A stretch of DNA of 64,000 nucleotides from Gnetum montanum. Lineage: Eukaryota > Plantae > Gnetophyta. The stretch is taken from assembly GCA_015680685.1 (NCBI GenBank), contig MNCI01003186.1, positions 1,143,570-1,207,569 of the forward strand. The letters are read 5' to 3'. This document shows positions 40,101-53,799 of the stretch, in pieces (the first letter of the stretch is position 1; every line of letters starts with the position of its first letter). The notes under the pieces are model-generated. The model worked only from the letters and a program-made list of their open reading frames with translations, made no database searches and was not told where the DNA came from. The translations under genes were made by a program, and so were the position numbers.

Positions 40101-41375
40101 GTAGTAATTGCAAAAGAGAGATGAGGAGGTATGCGGCATACAAATGAGCATAGTAGCTAGTGTAGTCATAGTCTTTGGGGTGTCTAGGCTATGAAAATTT
40201 TCATTCATCATGAGGTCTGTGCCTACTGGGTTGGCTCTCATGGTTACTTATGAGGGATATGGTATGCAAAGGTGTGCAAAGGTGTCCCAAAATTTTGCTA
40301 GGATGCTAAGGATGTTTAGGTGTAAGACTACCAATGCCAAGATGCCAACTATTGAATGAAAATGCTAACCAAAATGCTTCAAAATGCCAATCCCTAAAAT
40401 GTAAAATGTAGGGGTATTTATAGGGTTAGGATTGATGTAAAGTGTGGATCAGACATCATGTGATAAAAGGGGTAGGTGAGGCTACATTGACCTCAATTAT
40501 GCTCCCATTCGAGCAACTAGTGCTACACTCTGGTGTGCTCCAATGGACCACAAAAGACTACCAGAATGTGACTACACTACCAAGACTACATATGCCAGAG
40601 TTGAAAGGAATACAATGTACCTACAAATAGTGCAAAATAGTGCAATTTGGAGGCTACACTTTGAGACAACACTTTCCCTTCTCTCAAGTGGAGTTGAGCA
40701 TAAGTACAATTTTTGGACCAATGGTGATTGCAAAAGAAATGCAAGTCATTAATCCTACTTGCCAAAGGAGTGCTAAAGCTCTAAAAACTTCTGGACGTTA
40801 TTTTTCATTTCTACACTAGCTACACTCTAGAGTGTAATCCAATAGCTAGGAAAATTTTGCAAAAATTAAAGTCCAATGCTAGCTACCCTAGCTATAGTCT
40901 AGTGTGTAGTAGAAAGAGTGAGAGCATAGCACTGACACTTCGAAAAAATTGGCAAAACTTGTAGTCTTCATCTAGGCTATGCTAGCTATGCTCTCATAGA
41001 AAAATTGGCAAAAATTGTAGCCTTGGAACTTAGAAAATTTTCCAAAATGCTTCCTCCATGCTAGGCTAGCTTGACAGCTTTTGGCTTGACACTTAGGCAA
41101 AACTGGCCATTGAAGTGCATGCTATGCTAACTACACTCTGGAATGTAGCAAGGAGAATGAGAGCATAGCACAACACTTAGAAAAAATTTACAACTATTGT
41201 TGACACCTAGAAAATCTTGCAATTCTAGTTCTATGATGCATGCTACACTAACTACACTCTAGAGCATAGTCCCAATAGTGGAAGCATGGGCCAAACACTT
41301 AGAAAATTTGCCTCATGTTGATACTTAGACAAATTTGACATTGAAGTGCTATCATCCAAATTTGGTGGTGTTTAA
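37115..41375 (-). mobile_element. Tat/Ogre-like element E (degenerate gag, PBS about 39685-39702, 5' LTR 39709-41375)
   Basis: The gag is colinear with elements B and C (ORF 37302..37586; 37680-38190). The decayed PBS reads TAGTGTTAGAAGGAAGCC. The LTR start TATAGCAATCAAAAAC resembles the LTR B start, and the end GGTGGTGTTTAA resembles the LTR A/C ends. Confidence 0.7.
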
Positions 41376-41920
41376 ATTAGAATATTTTTTAAGTTCTTGT
41401 AGTAGGAGTCAAGGATTGTACATATCCTTATTCAAGAACTAATGTACCTGGACACATTGATGTGATAACAATAAAGACAAGATTCTTGAAATACCTTGCA
41501 ACACTTAGGAATAGGTTAATGTTTACTTTTATGCACTTTTACTTCATGTTCTTAGTTAAATAATTAATTAATGGGTGTAATGAATACATGTAAGTACAAC
41601 TACCTTGAGCATAATGTTAATGCTTGGTAATCCCAACAATGCTATCACTTGGTAACCTAGTAGCATTATAACGAGTTCAAGACATGTATAGAAGGTGGGA
41701 CCAAATTCTTATGTTAGGAAATAGACCAAGGCACTAGATAGTTACTTAGATTAGTTTCCAATTAATTACCTTATTTCACGCTTAGGATAATTAGATAAAA
41801 GTTATAAACCTAATCCAAATCATGTGTCTTAGCTCCACTTAACCATAAATTTGCACTTACACAAGTGCAACCAAGAAAACAATGATCACATTTTTAGATC
41901 ACTATCTTTGCTATCAACAT
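41376..41920 (+). mobile_element. Degenerate Athila-family LTR fragment
   Basis: AGTAGGAGTC...CCTTATTCAAG...TGTACCTG...CAATAAAGAC...ACCTTGCAACAC...GGAATAGG matches the D LTR. Confidence 0.65.
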
Positions 41921-41929
41921 TTGGGAAAC

Positions 41930-42999
41930 TAAAGTCCATGCAACTTAAGTAGATCGCTAGTGAATGCTTGTGATTTGTATGGTTATGCATAGGAACTATT
42001 TTCCACTCATCATACTTGAAGAGAAATTATTGAGACTGATGAAAAACAAGCTAGAACAACTTCATCAATTAATATGCCATGCCTTCTACGATATGCAGAA
42101 AAATCACAAGTGTATGCACAACCATTTGAGGAGCATATTTACATGAAACATCCTAACAAGCCAAGCCTCCTCAAGTCAAAACAACATGAGATAGCATTAC
42201 ACAATCATTACCAAATACCATCCAAAAAAACCATAACCCATGCTAACATAAAATTTAAACAAAACAAAAGAGACATGCACCTCAAACTCTGACATAATAA
42301 TAAGATGACTCTTCAATAGCAACAAATCCAAGAAACAACATCATCATGTCTCAAAAATAGAGCAATCCTTTTTTAGATGTCCAATCTCATGATAGTGCTA
42401 GCATGTTGGTCTCTTTTATTTTTCATTTTTTTCATCCATCAATGAGAACAGAAACAAGACATTTTTATCATCTTGTAAACACAACTCCCACCAAAATAAT
42501 TTGCATAGAAAAAAAAGAAAAAAATATACAAATAATACAACCTGTAATACCTTTTTTGTTCCACCAATAACAAACATTTCATAACTTAACCTTGCTCAAC
42601 CTTGCTCTCATACCACTTGTTACTAGTTACATGTTGTGCAAAAATCATTATTCAGAATATTGTCCATACAATAATAACATAAGAAGAGGAAAATAAAACT
42701 TGCAAAATGGAGCGAGAGAGAAACAATGGAGATAAATAGGAAATTAATTTTTCAACTTTTTACAACATCTTCAAAATTACAAATATACACAAAGATCACA
42801 AGTCAGTTGCTTCCACACAAGTGACCACACACTCTCAACTCACTTACCATAACCAACCCAAGAAAAAGTTAAATAGGCACATCCAAGGTTACAATAATGA
42901 AAAAAATCAAGAATATATGTCTTCATTTTTTAAGATATCTTTTAATTCTTGTTTTCATATTTTAAAAAAGTCTAAAATAGATAAAAGTGAAGTTCAACA
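41930..42999 (-). mobile_element. Ty1/copia remnant (5' LTR about 42618-42999, tRNA-iMet PBS, gag knuckle)
   Basis: GCTCTCATACCA at 42604-42615 reads TGGTATGAGAGC on minus and is followed on plus by TGTT...AACA. The minus frame C*HYHEIGHLKKDC near 42400-42360 is a decayed CCHC knuckle. Confidence 0.6.
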
Positions 43000-43382
43000 C
43001 TAGTTAATTACTACAGACTTTGTTTTCACATCTCTGACATTTATCACACAATATCGTCTTGAACTTTGCTAAAATTGCCACAATATTAGGAAAAATAAAA
43101 TTTAGCTCAATAGATTTTTAAAAGTTTAGATAAAATATACAGCTAGGCATCCCTTTCAGGATCCTTTCATAGTTTCATGCTCGAAAAATTTTGGTTGTAC
43201 GATTCCGATTGAGGAGTTTAACATCTAGAGAGAAATTTAAATCGTGGAATGGTAATTATATCACTGATGTAAAATTCTTAGAGGTGAATGTGTTCAACTA
43301 TTGTTTTTTTTCCCTAACAAGATTTCGTTTACAAAACCTAAAAATTCTTAATTATATATCTACTAAAACTCCATTTCATTAG

Positions 43383-46300
43383 ATACCTAGCAACATCTAA
43401 TTATGAAGCTAGCCCTATCTATTCTTAAACTGTTACAGGACTTAGCAATAAAAGAAGAACTCAATTCTAAAGATAATGAAACCCTGGCTTACATTGTAGA
43501 GTCTACGGCATTGGTTCTTGTGCAAACTTACAAACCTACGAGTAGGTTTTCATAAAATATTATTTATCTGCTCAATGATATATTCTATTGCCAATTTCTT
43601 ATACCACTCAATAGTATATTTGAAATTTTATCTCTGTGTTTGTGATCATCTACTTTTATGTGAATTTTGGGAATTCCCTTATATGATAAACCAAAGAAAG
43701 TAGGAATAGTTTCAAGTTTGTTTCTCAAGAAGATAGGCATATAGAAATTCATTCTTCTAATAAGATTGTCCAATGTAGCATAAGAGATTAATTGAAAGCA
43801 ATTTAGGATGAGAATGAAAAGAGAAAGAGAAGGTCCACTTCAGTTGCAGGTAGAACCCTCAAAATGAGCAAAACAATAACCAAACACAGGTACCACATAA
43901 TCTCTTCTGTTTCAAAATTAAAATCACTTGTCATTAATCACACCATAAGAATTATGGTAAGCTGTATGCAATTATGCATGCATCATGCCTAGGTCTTAGT
44001 CAGGTCATTGTGCACTGTATCATCATGTAAGCTGCAGGTAAAATAAAGTTATATTCTTATAGAAAGAAGTGATGGTGAATTATAAAAATAACATTGTGAT
44101 AAGCTTATGAGTATCATGCAAAAATGGATGGAAGTTAACTTGTATTTTTGGTTAATGTTGATATCAAATAACATGGTTTTGATGTCTTTAAATGTTGTAG
44201 GCATGTTTACATTCTGTGCAGTTGTTACTGACTTGGTATTCTTTGCTTACTTTGCAGGACATCAGATATTTTCAAGGACCTGAAGGAATTATTTAGCTCT
44301 ACTCCTCTTATCCCATATTCTGTTTTTAGGGCTGGGTATGCTATTTTTTTCAGGCATTTTCTAACAAATCTATTTATTTGGTGTATTATATATACACACA
44401 TTAGAAAATGGCATTTATTACCTATTTGCTGATTCTCCTTTCCAAACATCAAAACATGATTATATGCAACTTGTAGAACTTTATGCTTTTAATGTTCTGG
44501 CTAAACATCTAAAATATATTGATGCTACTATGATATGGCTAAAGAACTCGAATATACTAGTAGATTGTGGGCAGGTATATTTCATTACATTTTCTTAATT
44601 CTTGAATTTCAATAGTTTTTATTTTTCTAGTATTTGATTTTGTTTCTTGCAATAAGAAAATATTTCAGTTTGTTATCACAATTTACATTCAGGGCTTTAA
44701 GAAATAAAACACAGTTATTGAAACATAGCTATGGCAAGTGATAAATGGTTGTCTGCACCATATGGTCACGTTATGTAATGAGATATCGCTCATGTAATGA
44801 GATATCGCTCGTCATTCATAAGTCGTGTTCCCTGAGATCAATATTGATACAAATTTTAATAAATTAATTTATATGTTTATGTAGAAATACTTGTTAGTTG
44901 AATAGACACAAATAACTTTTATTGGAAACATTGATGTTGGTTTATCTTGTACCTTGGTGTATTTTCTCTATCTTCCTAATGACTCTGCCACATTACTCGT
45001 GCTACTGTTTTCTTCTCTATTATTACCTACTGCAAAGTCATATTGATTAAAAGTAAGAAAAGATTTTTTCCCCCTTGTTGTTCTTAATAGCATCATAGGA
45101 TTACACTCTACCATGTTAGAAACCAACATTTGCAGTTTGTACACTTTGTGAAAAATGTAACCAGTATGCCCAATATTTTTCTTTCAAATGCATAAAATTC
45201 TGTAGTATTTTCCATTGCCCAACCATTTATCCGTCTATGTCTAACCACCAAATCCTGCTGTGACATAATTTATTTATCACTCATCACTTCAATAATTCGA
45301 ACATGTCTAAAATGCTTTTTCCAATTCAAGGAATAAAGTTTATGATTGACCATGCTTTGTTGTTACCAAAATGGCACTACTTAACCATCAATATCAAGTT
45401 GATCATGATTGATCCATATGGTTGAAACAGTAGTGATGGCTATGAATACTATTTTGAATAAAATGCATAGCATTAACTGGACTATAAGTTTATTTAGTCA
45501 AGAACAAAATATATCTAGATCTGCCCTTTGGTTGACTCAATTCAACATTCATATTGGTTTTTGGGCTTAATTTATTCCATTTTTAAAATTTTGAAAGATT
45601 CAACTTTTGAAGTTGAAAAATAGGAACTTGACAACTTATTTTTGCATAGGTAATTATGAGACATGTTTAATTAGATCAATAATAGAAACAAAGATGCTTG
45701 AGAAAAATAGTTAGTGCACTTTTATCAATACCATGATGCATTTATACAAAGAAAAAGAGATAGCATTAATTAGAGTTCATATTTTCACATTGTTGCTTAT
45801 ATATATATAACTTACGATTTTGAACTTGCAAGACATTGTAGCAAAGATAACATCATTAGAAAATTCAGAAAAATGGAAATCAATTACCCTTCTCAGTAGA
45901 ATAGAGGCATTAAAGAAAGTGTAGAAAATGAATCCTTAAAAAGAAACTATGATACAGGAGAATTAAAGCACATGGATATCACCTAAGATAACAAGCTTCT
46001 AAGGAGGAATATCGTTACTAGGGTTTCAAAGGTGTTTAAATCATTATCTTTCTAGTATCCTACACTTGTGCAAAGGTTTGGAAATTATGACATTATGAAG
46101 CATGGATACAGTAAAATTGTATGGATTAGTGTAATACTTATTATTTATTTGTTGAGAAGAAACTAGGCATTTGTTAAAAAGTAAGACTTTTCATTAAACT
46201 AGAGTTTGCACTAGCTACTTGATATTAAAATAACAATAATGTTTTTGTACACTATACTAAATTAGATTTTCACATAGTGTTCATTATGCACTAGATATGA

Positions 46301-46486
46301 TACTGCACATTATTGTTCCTATGAATTTCCATTAACACGTTTTGTAATTGTTTCAGGAAATTGAGCATAGGTTCAATTACACTATATCACATTTTGAGAT
46401 ATTTCTGGAATCTTGCATTTAATGTATAGTTAAATTCCTTAGTAGCTGTGGAGCATCTTCCATATCCATCTTACATTGGAAGATAG
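43383..46486 (+). pseudogene. APEM9: APEM9-like pseudogene lacking its first exon(s)
   Basis: Exon 43383-43545: YLATSNYE/frameshift/LALSILKLLQ...LAYIVESTALVLVQTYKPTSR. Exon 44258-44335: TSDIFKDLKELFSSTPLIPYSVFRAG. Deletion-fused exon remnant 44444-44574: YMQLVELYAFNVLAKHLKYIDATMIWLKNSNILVDCGQ. A decayed exon with a hydrophobic stretch lies at about 44693-45052. Last exon 46357-46486: LRYFWNLAFNV*LNSLVAVEHLP, compared with APEM9 DLWQLAFSYQVNPLAAVQ as recalled. Splice sites are canonical. Confidence 0.85.
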
Positions 46487-47599
46487 AAAGTACATTCATG
46501 TTTATCTCCCTTAAGCAAAGAATATTCATCTTCAAGGAAATTCAAGTTTGTAATTAATAAATGCTTATAACGTGAGAATACCCGAAGATGTCTTCTAAAA
46601 TGATCTTTTCTACTATTTTTATTTTTCTTTGTAATTTGAATAGTTTTACTAGCTATTGAAATTTCATTTATACCTCGCCTAAGTATAACTTTGATATATT
46701 GTGAAATTATAAATTATAAGACTACCATTTGGAGGGATAGAAAAGTGTTTGTTTCTCAAGTTGTATGATCCGATCTTGAGTTTAGGTGAAGCTACTCCAA
46801 AGAGATAAGCTTTTACTCATCCATGACTCTTCCAAGACACTCCCTTAGTAGAATAAGGATTGAGCTTCTTAGTGAATCATTTATGATTCTATACAAAACT
46901 CATAAAAATAATATAAATATTATTCATGATACCATTATGTCATTATAATTGTAACATTTGTACAAGAAGTCTATTTAGTTTGCAATCAACAATTTTTGTT
47001 CATGTTAGTTATATAACAATAAATCATATTACGTTTTTTATGGCAACCAATAAGCTTTCTTTTTTTCCCCTATGGCATGTTAAATATAAAAAATAAAGTT
47101 ATATTAAAATTAAAAATCAAAGTACATCGTAAAAGTGTCCTATTTGGTTCACTTTTTACTAAAGGTAATGGATCTATGTATCATAGCAACTGAGAAAAAA
47201 CTCACATAATAAGTAAATAGATTATGGATGCCAATCAATCTAATGATGTCATTTCAAAAATATACTTGCATCCACCCATCAAACCTTACAAAGAGTACCA
47301 CTACTTAAATGATATCTTTCATTACTACCATAGATAAATATTTTAAAACATTGTAAGAGCTAGACAAAAGAGCATTATTTAGGATAAATTTCTAAGAAAA
47401 TTTGCATGTGGACTATCTCAAATAAAATTTTAGAATAGTGACAAAATTTTTTATGTTTTAAAACTTTCCACCAAGGAAGCAACTTTTACTCATTTATGAG
47501 TTTTATGCAAATTTATAGTGCCATTTTGGACATTCATAAAACATTGTTTGCCCTTCATTTGTAGATCGTAACTACAACAAACAAAAGGGAAAAGAAGTT

Positions 47600-50119
47600 C
47601 TCAATACTAAAAAATATCAAAAACAACTTAGAAAATATAACAAGTTACATATTAATAGCATATTTGATATGTACAAGTACCTATTTTGTATAGAACTCTA
47701 GCTATGGATTCTTGCATTGGGGACATTCAAGAGGGGTACAAAAGATTTTGTGTCACTAAAACATGAAAGGTACTCATTGTTGCCCTTTTCTACCCCACAT
47801 ATTTTTCTTCTGGAGATAAAAATGGTTCAAGATTGAGATGTTTCGTAAGGTCCTGCAGATTGAAATGGATTGTTTACTATTGTCACTATGAATAGGCTTT
47901 GGATAAGACTGAAAAGAAACAACAATTATACAAATAATTATTGAGACAAGCAAAATTGTGATGCAATGATATTGAAGAAAATATATACAAGGAGATCCCA
48001 ATGCTTCAACTACAAAAACCATACATTCAAGGTAACATAAAGCTAAAGGGGAAAAATCAAAAATTACCCAACATCAATAGAATTTATTTTATTTTTTTAA
48101 ACAAAATAATGCAATTTGATTTTAGATATTCATTTCATGCTTCTCAATCTTGGAAAAATGTTTAATGATAACTTCAAAGTAAACTAATTTTCACTTAAGG
48201 ATAAAACAAAGAACTTTGATCCCTTCTCCTTGGAACTTTAGATGCCTATTCTCAAACCAAAAGCTGCATTGAATAAACTACTACCTCAAACAATTGGAAA
48301 TTTTTCCAAAGTAATATATAACAAATTTGATATATCTTAACAATGTGGGAACCAAGAAGATAAGTTTATCTATTAGCAAAAGCCAAACATAAGGCCTTGG
48401 ATGGTTTCTATAAGAAAATAGGAACAAATGAAAAGAAAATCTATATAAGAACTCAAAAATAAAAAAGTACAAAATCTATATAAATATTTTTTGCTGAAAG
48501 ACAATGAAATTTTTGATGAGTGGAAAACTTATTTCAAAAATTATTAAATAAGAAATTTTTAAAAGAAGATATCCAAGAAAAACAAAATTTTGCAATGGTC
48601 AATGAACTTTCCTTCTTTACAATGAAGGCAAGCTTAACTAAATTGAAAAGTGGCAAAGCTACCAAATCAAATACCATTTCTAAAGAAGCTTAGAAAGTAA
48701 TAGGACATACATAACTCTTATGGGTAATAAAATTTTTAAGAATGGAGAAATTACTGAAACTTGATCTATCATCTACAAAGATAAAGAACATGTTTAAAAT
48801 TATGCAAACTATAAAGAAGTTTACATTTATGAGCCATACTATGAAGCTTTGGAAGAGAGTTATTGAGCAACACCTCATAGTTGAATCAACAATATCAGAA
48901 AAAAAATTTGGATTCATGTCAAGAAAATTAACTATAAAGTTCATATATTTATAAAACAATTAGTTGAGAAGTTCATAAAACATAGAGGAAATCTATGTAT
49001 GATTTTTATTAACTTCAAAAAGGCATATGATAAAGTACCCAAAGATGTTATCCAATGGGCCTTACTAAGGAAAAGGATCCGTGATAAATATATCAAAGTA
49101 CTTCAATAGCTTGAGAGAAAACAATTTAATTTCCTAATCACAATAGGTCTACATTATGGATCTTCACTCAGTTCTTACTTGTTTTCTATTTTTATGAATG
49201 AACAAAGCAAGAAAATACAAGATGAAATCCATTAGCGTATATTGCTTGGCGATGATATTGTGTTGGTAGATACATCTCATGAAAATATTACTTCTAAAAT
49301 GGAAATCTGGTCAAATGCTCTAGAATCATCAGGCTTCAAAATTAGCAAAAACAAAAAAAAATATATGGAATGTAATTTCAATGAAAGTATGAATAGTGAT
49401 GGAACATAAATAACAACTTAAGGCAAAAAGGTCCTCCACTACAAATAGTAAATGATGAAACCAATAAGAATATAAGAATTAGATTGAGGCACTATGGTTA
49501 AAATGGGGATAGGTTAGTGGCGTTTTATATGATAAAAAGGATCTCAACAAAACTAATAGAAACTTTTACAAGAAGATGATCAAGTTTGCTATTTTTATGT
49601 AGTGCTAAATACTACACTATAAAATAAGGCATGAATAACAAATTAATGTGGCATATATGTGAATGCTTAAATGGATGTTGAATGTTAACAAAAAAGGAAA
49701 ATTGCATAATGCAAACATTAGAAAAAAACTTGAAGTGACTTCTATTATAGATAACCTATATGAATAGCATCTTATGTGGTTTGATCTTGTTCAAAGAAAA
49801 TCACATGATGAGCCTCTCAGAAAAAATAGCACATCATGGTTCTAAGAAAGCCAAGAAGAAGAAGAAGAAGAAGAAGGACATGAAAAGAAAATAGTTGAAC
49901 ATAATATAAAAATATGCAGATAAATAAATATTTAGCTCATAATAGAGGCAGAAAATAGAAAAAGAAAATTGTTTGTTTATTCTTTAAATAGAATTATCTT
50001 TTTGTGCCCTAGTCACAATACATCTGGGATGTCCATTTGATCATTAAAATAAAAAAAAGAAAAAGAGAAGTCAGGTAGCCAATCTTATACTTTTGAAACA
50101 AGAATATGATGATGATGAT
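47600..50119 (+). mobile_element. Degenerate RTE-clade LINE
   Basis: Motifs include MSHTMKLWKRVIE, KFGFMSR, MIFINFKKAYDKVP, ITIGLHYGSSLSSYLF and LLGDDIVLV (RT). There is an endonuclease-like remnant near 47720 and a (GAT)n tail at about 50107-50119. Confidence 0.85.
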
Positions 50120-53111
50120 AGGTTAGAACAATCAATTATTAGATCAAATTTTTATGCCTGTCAACAAACATGCAAATATAGTGCTTCAAAATTTAATACA
50201 GAGATTATGACATTATTCAATGAAGCAAATATCCATCTAACAAGAGATTAAGGAAAGAATTATTTTTGGGCCAACACTTAAAGGAATAGCCCTAGATTTA
50301 AGAGATAAATAAAATGGAAACCCCAAGTCTAATCCGCTAGGTAAAATGGAATGCTGCTACAGAAAAAAAAATAACCAATTGCATGGAGAGTACCATTCAG
50401 GGTTTAGCTACACAAATCTAGTTATCTAATCAGAATTCATAGAATAGTGGCATTTGTACACAATTGGTGACTCTCGAATGAAAATTAAAGAACCTCTCCA
50501 AAAAAGATGTTATCAAGGAAAAATTATCAACAGCTGAACCAAGTTTGAAGAAAATCTTGAAGAGGGTTTTGCATTACCAAAAGCAATCAAGGAGAAATAG
50601 GAGAAAATGGAAAAGAAAATTTGAACCTACATTAAGGGGGGTTGCCATAAAAGAAACAATAATAATAAGCAAGAAACAAGAATCTCATGGTAGAAATTTC
50701 CAATTTCTTCTAGGAACCTAGGCACATTCCAAAACAGTAGTTTGAAGATGCACTTAGAATAGCCTAAAAAGTGATAGACCCCGCTATATTTTCATATGCT
50801 TCAAAGATTATTTTATTAGAACTAGAGGTAGAGAATGACACAATTGTAGCATCCTTAAACACAAAAAGATTTCTGGATCAGCAAAGACCACACAAAATCT
50901 AAACTAATCAACCAAAGAAAAACACAAAGAGAGAGAGAAAAAACAACAACAAATAATGGCCAAGGTCAAAAAAGCCCATGCAGAAGGTAAGTTCACCTAT
51001 TTAAATACAAATAAATTGAGCTGATATTAAATAGAAATACCAAAAAAAAACATGTAGATTCACTATTTTTTGGTTTCATCAAAAGCAATGATGTAGTTGC
51101 AAATGAGATTGTTTTGTTAAATAGCATTGGATTCTTTCTTTGTTTTTATATTTTGGAACTAGTCAAAACTTAAGAAGATGAAGGCTCTAAAAATTCCATC
51201 ATCTTGGATTCAGAAAATTTGCTATAAAAATAAGAAATTAGGTGGAGGACAAAGATCTTTTGGAGGTACTATCATTTTGATTTGAAATAATTTAGCACAA
51301 CATATATAGTTACAAAGGATAGATGAATATAGACAATTTATCTCATGCAAAGTATAGCACAAGTATGATCATCCTTTTGGTTGTATACTATTTTGCTCCT
51401 AGAAATGCCATGTTGAACAACAATGTAGGGATATCTAGAAACCACACATCTCAATATTTAGAAGCAAATATAGCATAGTGTTTCAATTAAGATGCAATTC
51501 TTATTGGTAGATATTTTAATGCCAAAATAGGATTACAATAAATAAAAATCACGTAGTAGCAATGCAAACTAATGGCATTAGTAGTATTGCTAGTAATCCT
51601 GGTCTAGATATTGTATCAAAGTTATTGCCAATGAAATAGAAAAACAGTTAATGAAATGGGCGAAAACTTTAAATTTGTTAAATTGTAATATCTAGAATGT
51701 GCTCCATAGGACTATAGCATTCATTTTTATAAATGCACCAAGGTAACTCTTGCATTCACTTCTTATTGTCTACTAAAAATATTAACCAAATAAAGAGTTT
51801 TAATATAGGTGAGTATTTAGTTGAACCAAACCCTCACCACTTAGAATTTGGAATTAAAAGTCAACATTTCATTCACTACCAAAAAGATTTTATTTTATTT
51901 TTGGTTGTCTATGTTGTTTGCTTCTAGAGAAGACCCATCCCTATAGAAAGAGATAAATATAAGGACATTGAATTGAGCAAGATAGGATAAAAATTTGATG
52001 CATGTACTTTCATAAGCAATCACAAAGGTCACCATAACACAAACATCTAGGTTTCAGAAGCCTGTACAATTAATACATGCAAGCAAGCTTGTTGGGATAT
52101 TAAAATAGTGAATTAGAAATGAAGAGAGCATTTGATTAACAAATACAAGTGCCTAAGGAAAAATAAGAAAAGATGTTTTATTAAACAAGAAGTGACTTTT
52201 GCATAAATAATTAATAAAAAGCCAACATCACCCATAGGTTTAATGCTCATCCCACAAAGGTGAAGCCCTAGAAGAGTTGATGGATGAACAAAAGCCTAAC
52301 TTCTTTCATGTGACTACACCCAAGCTTGATGTAAAACCCCCATAATTTCTCTTTCTTTGAAATCTTCATTGATGAGTCACAAAAGTTACCTGTGAATAGA
52401 CTTTTTAAATTTACTGCTCCTAAAAAATGTGTTCAAAGTTTATAAGGTTTTTTGCTGGTTTATTTTATGTAATGATTACTTGATCCCTCATTTTGCACTA
52501 GTTTTTTTAATGTAATGATTACTTGATCCCTCATTTTGCACTAGTTTTTTAAAAAAAAAATTGGAAAGAAAGAGACTTTGGTGATAATGAAGCTCAAAAA
52601 AGTTGGTCAAATTTTGTAAGTCTTGTAATTTTGAATACTTCCAAGCTATCCTTGTTTAATTGTCTAAGAATAGCTCTTGGCTATGATGTGATGAAATTTT
52701 TTACATTATCTAATTAATAAAATTTGTGGTTGGGTCCATATTTAATGTTCCATCCCAAAAATATTAAATAAAATAAATACCTCCAAACTAGGTTAGGACT
52801 TTGGAACACGTGAATAATGCTTTAAACCCTCACGCAAAGAACATGAAATGTTTGGCCTTATATCCCAATTCTTATGTTCTGAAATTACTTTTTGAACTCA
52901 TGAATTTATTTTAACTAGAACATATTCAGATAGAAGTTCTCCTAATCAGAAATGCAATAGAACAGTTCCAGATGGAAATAAATACGCCAAGCTACCAAAC
53001 TATGCTTTGATGTAGGTAGAACAAGCTTCGCATTCGGTCTTAATTTGTAGCCTTTAAACTCATTTCAGTATTTTACTAGTTAACATGTTGAAATGGTAAA
53101 GCAGAGCTCAC

Positions 53112-53527
53112 CTTGGACCCAATGGTTGTCCAAATTTCCTTTCCATAGAAATCTGCAAACGCAAAGCAATAGTACATGATGTAAGCCTAAACCCTAAACC
53201 CTAATATTGGTAGTAGCTTGTTGATGAGAAATTTACAATTTTCTTTGGAACAAATCTAATATGTGTGATTTTAATAATACATGAAGCTAGTAATACCATT
53301 GATGTCTCTCGTTTGGTACCGCAGAGACTGCAAGATATATATAAATTTGACTCTGCAGAAAGAAGCGTGCCGCATAACTCATAGAACATGAAATCCGCCA
53401 CATTCACCTTTGCGAACGACATGTTTTCAATGCTGAATGTTGCACTGGAAAATCACAATCAGAATCAGCAATTATTTCTATCTCTGTTCAATCCTTACAC
53501 GAAGGACCACCCAATACTGTGAAGAAC
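53112..53527 (-). pseudogene. Micro-exons of an unidentified gene 5' end, copy 2 (53527-53499, 53444-53408, 53152-53112)
   Basis: AG/GT boundaries are canonical. The spliced frame reads ...MSFAK|ISMERKFGQPLGPR. Tandem telo-boxes CCTAAACCCTAAACCCTA lie at about 53186-53203. Confidence 0.45.
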
Positions 53528-53799
53528 CTGTTGTTTTTGCTGTTTGTGACTGTTTGCTATGTTTGCAATTTTGGAGGGTTACCCAAATAGGACACCGTGA
53601 TAAAAAAAGAACTTGAATGGTAAGGGGTGTTAAACTTAAAATAATTTCATTTGTGAATTCTAATTCCACAAGAAAAGGTTTAATGATTTTTGGGATGTTT
53701 TTTTAAGTAAAATCTTCTTATTGGGTAGGAAATAATTGGATTGCACCTACAATACCAAAATATATAGCTAATAAGATAGGAATATAACAATGCTTAAAA

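Noticed and set aside
43010-43280. DNA-transposon end at the putative inversion breakpoint
   Set aside because: No partner TIR or TSD was found in the window.
50200-51260. Additional L1 fragments (for example FW...W..KIC..K.LGG near 51150-51250)
   Set aside because: The motifs are too decayed to set boundaries or assign a family with confidence.
53186-53203. Interstitial telomere repeat
   Set aside because: Only about 2.5 units of CCCTAAA are present; this is better explained as telo-boxes.
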